Source: an uncultured Bacilli bacterium
GTDB lineage: Bacteria > Bacillota_I > Bacilli_A > RF39 > UBA660
Reading direction: 5' to 3'
NCBI GenBank assembly: GCA_934096315.1
Contig: CAKOLT010000004.1
Location: 1-52,818 of the forward strand
Length of the DNA stretch: 52,818 nucleotides
The translations under genes were made by a program, and so were the position numbers. Under the pieces are notes generated by a model. It was not told the DNA's origin. It did no database searches and saw only the letters and a program-made list of their open reading frames with translations. This document shows, piece after piece, positions 37,701-45,612 of the stretch (the first letter of the stretch is position 1; every line of letters begins with the position of its first letter).

Positions 37701-40700
37701 GCAAGTTTTTTCAGCCAACTATCTTTTTCTTCGATGGTAGTAGGTTTTTCTTTTAATATTTCTGCTAATTGTTCTGGCTCGTCATAGGTACTCTCTTTAG
37801 TTGGATCTTGAGATATATAGTCTGTTTCTTGATTAGAAGAAGATTCTTTAATAGGAGATTTATCTTTTGTGAATTTTTTTTCACTATTTTGCATATTATT
37901 AATAGTAGGTAGTATATCAGATTTGACTTTTTCGTTAGATTGTGGTATATTATCTGTAGAAAAAGCAGGTTGACTGTAAGGTGGCAAGATGTTAGTTCTA
38001 TTACTAATGTCCCCATCGTAGTCGCCTGTTTTTTTCATTTTCTTTTCTAGTCTTTGTACTCTATATTGATTTTCACCATTTTCCATTGAACGAACATCAA
38101 ATTCAAGATAATATAATTCACCATTTATCTCTAAACCATCAAAATAATAGTTCCAATAATTTATATTTTTTCTATTTTTTGTTTCTCTGGTTTGATTAAC
38201 TAATGTAGCATTTTCAATAATATCTCCTAAATCAGAAAAAACTTGTAAATGCTCTTTTATTAAACTTCTTTGAGTTCGATTATTATATATCTTTTCAATA
38301 CTTTCGTTAATTCCAGATTTATTAACAACAATTTTATTGCCTGCATTTTCAAAGGTGTCTTTTTGATTATACTTAATAAATATATCATTTGCCAATTTCT
38401 TTAAATCACCAATATTTATCTTATTTATATCAAAATTACTCAATTCTACAATCTCATTATTAATTTTAACATTTCCATCATAGTTGTTTTTTTCATTTTT
38501 AAATATTTCTTTAACATTTGGATATTTATTTAGTAACTCTTGATTAATAGGAATATTACCTTTTACTTGCTTAATTTGTGAAATATCTATAGGTAGAATT
38601 GCTTTATTGGTATTATTTATACTTGTTACATCTAATACAGGCAATATATCGGAACTTACTTTTGCATATTGACCCTGTGTAGGATCTATCCATGCAACAT
38701 CGTTAATATTTACTTCTTTGGAATAAACTTTACCATTACTTGAATAACTTTCTGCTTCAATTTTAGATGGAGAAACAAAAATACCTTGTTTTATAGGGTA
38801 TGATGAATAAACAGTTATTTTCCCATTTTCAATAGCGTTTTCTATATCTTGTCTTGTTAAATCAGGGTTATATTCATCATAATCTGACCAATCACTATCA
38901 TTTATTGTTTCTTCTAATGTTTTTATATCTTCTATATTTCTAATCCAAGTGTGATAATCATCATTAACTGGGTTATTGTTTTTTATAATATCTAATTGTT
39001 TTTGTTTATAAGAAAAAGAATCATTTTCTAGTTCTTGTGAATTATTTCTGCCTATTGGCATAGAATATTTAGTAGTAGATGATGTATCACTATTGACATT
39101 ATTATTTGATTGTGGTATATTACTACTAGAAAAAGCAGATGTTTCGGTAACTGGTAAGGTGCCTACATTGGTACTCCCAGTGGAAACATTTGCTATAGAA
39201 GAATTAATGCCCTTTGGCAATTGTAGCCACTCGCCATTAATTCTTTTTTTTATTATTCCATCATCTATATCGTAGATTATTCGTTCTTTATTTTGCTCCA
39301 TCCACATCTCATAATTATTTCTACCATATGCACTTGTCATTACGTTTGCATCTAATCTTTTTATTTCATTTTTATTATTAATATCAGTAATTTCTATGTG
39401 ACCCTTTCCGTCTAGTGCCATCGATACAACAATTATCTTACCATCGTTATCTGAAAGCTCTGTTACTACAACAATACTATCTTTTACAGTAGATGATTCT
39501 AAAATGTTTAATGGATTAGCGATTGCACTTGGTAATTGTTTAACAGTTTCAATTCCCAAATTATGATATGTACCTTTTTGTTTTCCAGTATTATTAATTA
39601 TTCTTTCTAGTTTACTTGATGAAACGGTAATAGGTTTATCACTTAGTCCTAAATCCAAATAAAGTTGGGGAGTATGTCTAAATAATACTAATTGACTTCT
39701 ATTATTCCACTTACCTTGAGCCCATAAATCCAATTGCTCTGCGAAAGATAAAGAGGTCTTATTTGAATAATTCAAAGTATCATTTACTTTCGTTTTATTT
39801 ATCAAAGAGCTATTGATTGGAACTACATTATTAATTATTGATACTTGATTAGCATTATTAACACTTGTTACATCTACACTTCTTAATTTTTGAAGAGCAT
39901 TACCAATCGAAGCATATTGTTGTCTAGTCAAGTTTTTAGTTGTAGTAAAGCTCATATCTGACCTTACTTCACTAACATAATTCATAGCAGCAGGTACTCT
40001 TATTCCTACTTCATTAAGCATTGTTTTAATATAACTACCTTTGTATCCCTCAATACTAGGGTCACCCAAAATAAAGCCTTTGATATCTTCTAATATTTCA
40101 GGCTTTATTTTAGTCATATCAATCTTTAAATTACTAGTAGGCATATTTATATTAGAACTATTAAAATCGTTCTCTTTAGGCAAAATACTCTTATCAGAAT
40201 TGACTATATTACTTTGCTCATTATATACAGGTAAATTAATACTATTTTTTGTTTCCTTTTCTTGATTAACTATGTCTTGTACTGTTGGTAAGTTTACCTC
40301 TTCTTTTATGGAAGTACTTGTATCATAGTTTTGATTTTGAATAGCATTCAACTGATTTTTAAGTCTATTTAATTCTATCTCCTGCTCACTAGTTAATCTA
40401 TTTTGTCCTTTCAAAGTCTCGTATTCATTAATCTGAGATATTATTGGTGCTATTTTGGTGTTAACACCTAAATCATTATTAATAGTACTATCAATATTAG
40501 AAATGACTTTGTCTATTTTATCAATAGTATCTTTGTTTGTGGTATTCTTCTTTGTTTCTTCTAGTTCTTCTTTATAAACTTTATATAAATTTATATCTTT
40601 ATTATCTACATTTGTATCCTTACCAGTAATAGTACCTATAACTCCTCCGGTTACACTACCAACTGCTGCAGAATATAGGGCATCAGATAAGACATCACTA

Positions 40701-41833
40701 TCAAATAAAACAGAAACATAATCTTTAGCATTTGTACTCTTTTCCAAAGTAATTAATTTATTAAAATTATCTAAATATTCTTGTATAAACTCTTCTGTTG
40801 CTTCACTCCCTGCGTTTGCCAAAATATTTGCTAATTTAGGTTTTTTTGTTATATTAGTAAATGTCTTTTCAAGTAGTTGTTTGTATTCGTTTGTCCTGCC
40901 CCCAGTCAGGCCTTTGGTTGCACTACCTAAAGCCTTACCAACACCATATTCAAGCCCTACATTAACTAAACCATATATTGTAGCACTACCACTATCATAG
41001 CCGTCCGAAACAGCTTGATTAGTACTATCTACAAACATTTTGCCAAAATACATAGTAGAACCAACTTTAGGCAAGGCAGCATTAATAAGAGTCGCTCCTG
41101 CTATTTTTCCACCCTCATATAAAGTAGTACCAGCAAACCTACCAAGACCCGTATCATAAGATTCCATTACTTTCTGATGTTTCATCTGATTAAATGTAGG
41201 TAAATATTCTAAATCACCATTTTCATTTTTTATCAAACCACCACTGTAATCAAAGATTGATTTAAAGCCAGCATTAAGTCTACCTATAGATTTATCATAA
41301 CCGTTAATATTTTCCTCTGCAACCCTTTGTTTGTCGTAATTATACTTAGCATATCCAACCTTATTTGATTGGTCTTCTAGCTGTTTCATCTGGTTTTTGT
41401 ATTCACTTGATTTTTTAATTTCCTGATACTTATTTTCTATATTTTTATTTTGAGCCAATTTATCTTGACCAGCTGCCATTTCAAACTTACCATTTCTTAC
41501 AATATCAGTTTGGTCTTGAGTAGGTAAAATATTTCGTTGTGTTGAAAAAGGAGTTACTGTAGTTTGTACTCCCTTTTCATAAGTGCTTTTTTGAATATCA
41601 TTTTGAATACTTTTCCTTTTGGATAATTGGTTATTGTATTCGTTTTTATAATAAGAACTGTTTTTTATTTTTTGCATTTCAAAATATTTTAGATCAGCTG
41701 CTTTTTTTTGATTAATTTGACTTGATAAATTTTCTCTATTTTTAGCAATTTTATATGTATTCGGCATTATTTCATTCCGATTAGTATTATTAACAATAAC
41801 TAATTCATTTCCTATTAGTTTGTATCTAGCCAT
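34700..41833 (-). CDS. Giant (2,377 aa) multidomain virion protein; candidate polyvalent ejection/effector protein
   Basis: Single uninterrupted ORF with RBS AAAGGTG. It contains glycine-zipper segments, at least three globular modules separated by N/S/T/P-rich linkers, a ~685-aa C-terminal core with one hydrophobic helix, and a K/E-rich tail. It lies between structural and fibre genes. Confidence 0.8.
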   Translation of the reverse strand: MARYKLIGNELVIVNNTNRNEIMPNTYKIAKNRENLSSQINQKKAADLKYFEMQKIKNSSYYKNEYNNQLSKRKSIQNDIQKSTYEKGVQTTVTPFSTQRNILPTQDQTDIVRNGKFEMAAGQDKLAQNKNIENKYQEIKKSSEYKNQMKQLEDQSNKVGYAKYNYDKQRVAEENINGYDKSIGRLNAGFKSIFDYSGGLIKNENGDLEYLPTFNQMKHQKVMESYDTGLGRFAGTTLYEGGKIAGATLINAALPKVGSTMYFGKMFVDSTNQAVSDGYDSGSATIYGLVNVGLEYGVGKALGSATKGLTGGRTNEYKQLLEKTFTNITKKPKLANILANAGSEATEEFIQEYLDNFNKLITLEKSTNAKDYVSVLFDSDVLSDALYSAAVGSVTGGVIGTITGKDTNVDNKDINLYKVYKEELEETKKNTTNKDTIDKIDKVISNIDSTINNDLGVNTKIAPIISQINEYETLKGQNRLTSEQEIELNRLKNQLNAIQNQNYDTSTSIKEEVNLPTVQDIVNQEKETKNSINLPVYNEQSNIVNSDKSILPKENDFNSSNINMPTSNLKIDMTKIKPEILEDIKGFILGDPSIEGYKGSYIKTMLNEVGIRVPAAMNYVSEVRSDMSFTTTKNLTRQQYASIGNALQKLRSVDVTSVNNANQVSIINNVVPINSSLINKTKVNDTLNYSNKTSLSFAEQLDLWAQGKWNNRSQLVLFRHTPQLYLDLGLSDKPITVSSSKLERIINNTGKQKGTYHNLGIETVKQLPSAIANPLNILESSTVKDSIVVVTELSDNDGKIIVVSMALDGKGHIEITDINNKNEIKRLDANVMTSAYGRNNYEMWMEQNKERIIYDIDDGIIKKRINGEWLQLPKGINSSIANVSTGSTNVGTLPVTETSAFSSSNIPQSNNNVNSDTSSTTKYSMPIGRNNSQELENDSFSYKQKQLDIIKNNNPVNDDYHTWIRNIEDIKTLEETINDSDWSDYDEYNPDLTRQDIENAIENGKITVYSSYPIKQGIFVSPSKIEAESYSSNGKVYSKEVNINDVAWIDPTQGQYAKVSSDILPVLDVTSINNTNKAILPIDISQIKQVKGNIPINQELLNKYPNVKEIFKNEKNNYDGNVKINNEIVELSNFDINKINIGDLKKLANDIFIKYNQKDTFENAGNKIVVNKSGINESIEKIYNNRTQRSLIKEHLQVFSDLGDIIENATLVNQTRETKNRKNINYWNYYFDGLEINGELYYLEFDVRSMENGENQYRVQRLEKKMKKTGDYDGDISNRTNILPPYSQPAFSTDNIPQSNEKVKSDILPTINNMQNSEKKFTKDKSPIKESSSNQETDYISQDPTKESTYDEPEQLAEILKEKPTTIEEKDSWLKKLATIKFVDKGYYVDKLARKVKNKELSSKYDYSLLANGIANQIIGNGRLDEDGNKVGKGLYEIFEPIENSGLLDDFSKYIYHKHNVDRMNLESRFNEANKAVFGDSMTSKMSEKIVNEYETKYPEFEAWADEIYDYNNSNLKMLVKYGVLSKDSMEYYNNKYPHYVPVIREQAKTRAHMDFLLGKKARVNTPIKKAKGGNENIIPLKEAMALRTMQTVNSALRNNFGLELLNSIETEQIRNKESVDNIVEEINSDELLTKSSKNSPATLTVFDKGEKITFEISDEIYEALKPSNIYTVKWLNKLNNIRRGLLTEYNPLFMITNPLKDIQDGTINSKHPELFAKNLSEAIMQIKNNGLYKQLYIANGGSYETYFNYNTGTNIAPSILDKILPLKKISEMNEIIEMAPRLAEFMASIEAGDSIETAMYNASEITTNFKRGGDITKTLDRNGVTFLNAGVQGTTKQVRNVQEARAEGIKGITKLAVRWTIAGLTPALLMGMLWADDDDYEELSDYVKNNYYIIGKYGDGKFIRIPKGRVVSVLQKFFQNIIDKNSGKEMDIDGFIDLLKNNVLPSDPSESNLLSPMIQAINNETWYGGDLVPTRLQNLPNAEQYDETTDSISIWLGKKLNISPYKINYVLDQYAGAIGDYTLPYLTQEAESGSDNFAGKLLAPVKDKFTVDSNLKNQNISDFYSLSEELTKKSNSSNATDEDKLKNKYVNSVKSEISKLYAKKREIQSSSLKDSDKYNQTKEIQKQINELSKSAINDYKDVISYENYGKVSDQEYYLNSKSEWTKVKDDEKEEINKLNMSDTDKNKYFKAKVKIGVIRGDEDKESDIKHKEIADLVIDSGLNDKYKGYLYGKYYSSEKIIDTVLNAKINIDEFIKFNSEKFESDYYTNGKTVPNSRKNKVIKYINNLNLTIPQKAMLIKMEYNSFKQYDDQIVKYVNSINTSSYDKKVMLKTVGFTAYDKELINIINSKDISVEEKTKELKELGFKVRNGRVYAK

Positions 41834-41843
41834 AAAAACACCT

Positions 41844-42902
41844 TTACTTTCTTATATATAGTTTATCTTTTTTAGGACTAACACTTCCTGCTTTATAATA
41901 TTTAACTCCATTTACATCTATTTCATCAATATAACCTTTGTTAATATAATAATCTAATTTTCCAGCAACACTTAAACCAAGAGATTTAATTACATCAATT
42001 GCTGACGTTGATAAATTTGATTTATCAAGGTCTACATTACCAGATGGAGTATCTCCACCAGTATTACCATTAGTTAGAGTTTCATAATAATTCTTTTCTG
42101 CGTTTATACTAGCCCATTTTTGAGCATTCGCAATAGCATCTTGCTGTCTCTGATATTCCATCTCTCTCTCCCAACGTTCTTGTTCTAATCTTTGTTGTTC
42201 TTTTTGATATGCCATATTCTCATTATATTGTCTAATTTTCTCGGCAGTTTCATTTTCATAATTAATTTGACTCTCAACATCTTTATATCTATTGTAATAA
42301 GTATTATTAATGTTATAATTCCAATTCATCCTGTTATTTTCTTGCTCTGATTTATAATTAAATCCTTCAAGTGCAATGTTTAATTTATCTTGTAATGCTT
42401 TCAAAGCATTTTGGGCTAGTGTTTCATCATTGGATAATTGAGCCTGTCTGATTGCATTATCAAACTCTATTCCAGCATCTTGCATGCTTTTTCTTGCAGT
42501 ACCTAATCTATTTTGATAAGTATTATACATACCTACTTTAGAACTCTCTGCATAACCACTGTTAGACAGTCCATTAGCAACAACATTCTCTCGACTAACA
42601 CCATATTTATCTACTTCTTTTTGATAATCTATGTAAGAAGCTTTAGCTTCATCTTGATATGCTTGCTCAGTTTTTTTTCTTTGCTGTTCGATTAAATCTT
42701 TTTGATAATCAAGATTTTTATTTGCAATATCCCTTTGAGTATTTTCCCACCTATCAACCATATCCTGTTGCTCTTTAGTGAAATTATTTCTTTCATTTAT
42801 TAAATTATCATATGTTTCATTGTACTTGTTCATTTCGCTTTGCTTTTCATTTTCAACATCTTTGAATCTTTTGTCATCGTAATTAACATCATAAATCGCC
42901 AT
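41844..42902 (-). CDS. Coiled-coil Q/E/N-rich virion protein (internal/ejection protein candidate)
   Basis: 352 aa with long heptad-like Q/E/K/N stretches. RBS GAGGTGAT. Lies immediately upstream of the giant ORF. Confidence 0.5.
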   Translation of the reverse strand: MAIYDVNYDDKRFKDVENEKQSEMNKYNETYDNLINERNNFTKEQQDMVDRWENTQRDIANKNLDYQKDLIEQQRKKTEQAYQDEAKASYIDYQKEVDKYGVSRENVVANGLSNSGYAESSKVGMYNTYQNRLGTARKSMQDAGIEFDNAIRQAQLSNDETLAQNALKALQDKLNIALEGFNYKSEQENNRMNWNYNINNTYYNRYKDVESQINYENETAEKIRQYNENMAYQKEQQRLEQERWEREMEYQRQQDAIANAQKWASINAEKNYYETLTNGNTGGDTPSGNVDLDKSNLSTSAIDVIKSLGLSVAGKLDYYINKGYIDEIDVNGVKYYKAGSVSPKKDKLYIRK

Positions 42903-42908
42903 ATTTTA

Positions 42909-44630
42909 TCACCTCTTTACATATCCGCCTACAAATGACTCTAATGTATAGTTATTTAAACCAAATGGTTTAGTAGAACTAAACTTCATTTGTAATCGTT
43001 TCCATTTCTTCTTTTTAATTCTATAAACTATATATCCTTTAACATTATTATAAGTATTAACTTCTTCAAAGTCGTTATTATCAGTTTTAACTTCTATTTT
43101 TATACTTTCACCATTAACTTCGGCAGTGCCACCCCTTTTATTAGTAGTTTTTTGATATTCTTGATATTTGAAATCATCATGTTTGGTAGTCCAATAAGAA
43201 CTTATTTCACCATTAGTTTTGGTTAACTTATAAATTTTATTGCTACCACATAAATAAAGCACTCCATCTTTAACAGAAGTGCAAGTAATATTGCAAGATA
43301 ACTCCCAATAATACCATTCATATTCTACATTTATATTTTGATATTTTTGTCTGCTATCTGCTAAATAAACTTTGTTATCTATAATTACTAAAAGATAACC
43401 TTCCCACTCTTCTAATATTAAGTCTTTGTAATTTGGTTCTTTTAGCAGTTTACCATCAACCATACTAGATCTATGTGCTAGTACTTGTTCGCTAGTTACA
43501 TCACCACTAATGGCTTCCATACCTCTATCTGAAAAGAAAACTATATCATCATTAAAATTAATCCCAGTAGAAACACAACCTGTTGTTATACTTGAATGTG
43601 CTGATGGATATATCTTTCCGTATGTACTATCAACAACAGGTGTATGATAAAAGACTGTCGTATTTGCCTGTGATGGCTCTTTTAACACCCATAAAGCATT
43701 ATTACCAGGTATTAGTGCCTTTACCTTTGCTAAGTCCATACCTTCGTTATAATAATCTAAATCACTAACATATCTAGGGTCTTCCAATGAGCTATGAAAT
43801 ATAGCATTAGGATAATCTTGATTTCCACTAAAAAATACTCTATTATCAAATACTGCTAGCATAGTACACTTGTTAATTCTATTTCTATAGCCTTGAATAG
43901 TCTTTCTAAACAATATTTCCACATTGTGTTGTCCATCAGTAGTAGGTGCAGCTGGGGCTGAATTAAAGGTAATACTTCCTTCTGTAACATTGACAGTGAA
44001 GTCTGTTCCTTGTACATAAGTTATTTCATCTAATCCTACTGTAACTTTAGCGGTTACTACATAATCACTATCTATATTTTCAGTATCTAGCTTAAACTTT
44101 GTTGTTTCACCGTCACCTATTCTCAAATTTTTTCTAAGTCCAGTAAGTAAGTTTACATCTTGATATGTTGTTCCTTCACCCGTAGGATCTCCTATTGTAG
44201 TTGTTGGTATAGTACCTTCTACTTCTTTTATTTCAGTTCCATTATATTCAAGATAATTTAAACCATCTTTTATAAAAAGTATGTTATTAAATATAAATGC
44301 TTGGCTCCTAATTAAATTCATACCGCTAAATATTTCAGTATCATTATCATAAAGCTTAGTTCCAGAGTGTACAATTTTATGAGTAACATCTGCAATATCA
44401 TAAAAAAAGAGACCTAATATGGTATTGTTGTATTCCTCTACCAACTCCATATCAGGTCTTGTCTCTATACCAGCACTATTGTTTTTGTAATTTTTCCATA
44501 TGTTTAAACTATCAGGACTTCTTGATAAATTGGTATCATTATTACTGAAATCAACACCTGCAAAGTTATCTACTTTTCTAGTAACTAATGCTCCACTAGG
44601 AACACCACTAGAACTACTATAAGAACTCAT
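42909..44630 (-). CDS. Large beta-rich structural protein (tail hub/nozzle candidate)
   Basis: ~573 aa. Start at ATG 44630 after GAAGGAGAT. Beta-propeller-like repetitive pattern; no family recognised. Confidence 0.5.
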   Translation of the reverse strand: MSSYSSSSGVPSGALVTRKVDNFAGVDFSNNDTNLSRSPDSLNIWKNYKNNSAGIETRPDMELVEEYNNTILGLFFYDIADVTHKIVHSGTKLYDNDTEIFSGMNLIRSQAFIFNNILFIKDGLNYLEYNGTEIKEVEGTIPTTTIGDPTGEGTTYQDVNLLTGLRKNLRIGDGETTKFKLDTENIDSDYVVTAKVTVGLDEITYVQGTDFTVNVTEGSITFNSAPAAPTTDGQHNVEILFRKTIQGYRNRINKCTMLAVFDNRVFFSGNQDYPNAIFHSSLEDPRYVSDLDYYNEGMDLAKVKALIPGNNALWVLKEPSQANTTVFYHTPVVDSTYGKIYPSAHSSITTGCVSTGINFNDDIVFFSDRGMEAISGDVTSEQVLAHRSSMVDGKLLKEPNYKDLILEEWEGYLLVIIDNKVYLADSRQKYQNINVEYEWYYWELSCNITCTSVKDGVLYLCGSNKIYKLTKTNGEISSYWTTKHDDFKYQEYQKTTNKRGGTAEVNGESIKIEVKTDNNDFEEVNTYNNVKGYIVYRIKKKKWKRLQMKFSSTKPFGLNNYTLESFVGGYVKR

Positions 44631-45171
44631 AAGTATCATCTCCTTCTAGATAAATACTACCAGTATGAAATCTTGGATCTAATCTTTGTAACATTTGCTC
44701 ATATCTATTTGAATAAACTTGTCCATAACTAGCTGATATATCAGATTTTAGTAAATCACCAGCAACACCATAAGGCATTATTTCAAGTACATCTGTTGAC
44801 AAATCAAAAGTAAACTCACTATCTTTGGTATCAGCAGTTATTTGTTTAGGATACTTATAATAATACACTTTAGCAGTACCATCACCATAGAAATTAATAG
44901 TGTTACCTATGATGTCATTCTCTACTCCTCTAACAATATTTATTTGAAATAAATCCTTTGCTATCTCCGAAAAATCAATCTCATCCCCATCTGAAACCTC
45001 TAATTCTTCTTTAGCAGGTATTTTTTTAATTCGAGCAATTTCATTTTGAATCTGATTTATAACATCGTTTATTTTATTCGCTATATCAGGATCATCAGTT
45101 AATAATTCGCTTTTATCATTAATTTCCTCAATTAGTCTTAATACCTTTTTTTTCATTTCTAGTAATGTCAT
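44617..45171 (-). CDS. Head-completion / adaptor candidate
   Basis: ~184 aa. Start at ATG 45171 (MTLLEMKKK) after AGGGGTGAT. Assigned only by position after the capsid gene. Confidence 0.4.
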   Translation of the reverse strand: MTLLEMKKKVLRLIEEINDKSELLTDDPDIANKINDVINQIQNEIARIKKIPAKEELEVSDGDEIDFSEIAKDLFQINIVRGVENDIIGNTINFYGDGTAKVYYYKYPKQITADTKDSEFTFDLSTDVLEIMPYGVAGDLLKSDISASYGQVYSNRYEQMLQRLDPRFHTGSIYLEGDDTYEFL

Positions 45172-45529
45172 TATCATCACCCCTATAAACATCTTTCATA
45201 GCAATTAAATCTTTTTCTATTTCATCTAGTGTTGCCATTTCATATGGTGGGATTATATAGCCTTGTTGCTCATCCCATATCAATATCACTCCAGTTGCTA
45301 ATTTTTGTCTTATTGTGCTTATTTCTTCAGTAGTAATTATTTCTTCTTTTCCCAAAACTATCATTTTAATTTTTCTTTCATCATGTATTTCAGTTACAAG
45401 TTCTAAATCTTTCAAAGTCTGATGTACCTTTTTATCTTCAGTCCATTCATCAAATGTTAAAGACTTATTAACTTTTCTTCCAAAATACTGTTTTAAACTT
45501 GGTTTCAATGTATAATATTCAACTTTCAT
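45128..45529 (-). CDS. Small head-associated protein, unknown function
   Basis: ~133 aa. Start at ATG 45529 (MKVEYYTL) after TAGGAGGAAAT. The longer track ORF lacks an RBS. Confidence 0.45.
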   Translation of the reverse strand: MKVEYYTLKPSLKQYFGRKVNKSLTFDEWTEDKKVHQTLKDLELVTEIHDERKIKMIVLGKEEIITTEEISTIRQKLATGVILIWDEQQGYIIPPYEMATLDEIEKDLIAMKDVYRGDDNDITRNEKKGIKTN

Positions 45530-45585
45530 ATTTCCTCCTATTGGTCGTGGGAATGGAATTGCACCATTCTTAACACTAGTCACAC

Positions 45586-45608
45586 GATAAAAAGAGGGTT
45601 TCCCCTCT
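45586..45608 (-). terminator. Intra-operon (leaky) terminator immediately after the capsid gene
   Basis: Minus strand AGAGGG-GAAA-CCCTCT followed by TTTTTAT, 5 nt after the capsid stop. Confidence 0.55.
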
Positions 45609-45612
45609 TAGA

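Noticed and set aside
34700-41833. Giant ORF as a conventional tape measure protein.
   Set aside because: There is no tail tube, no chaperone pair and no continuous coiled coil. The sequence alternates compact, mixed alpha/beta-looking modules with disordered linkers. This cannot be fully excluded without profile searches.
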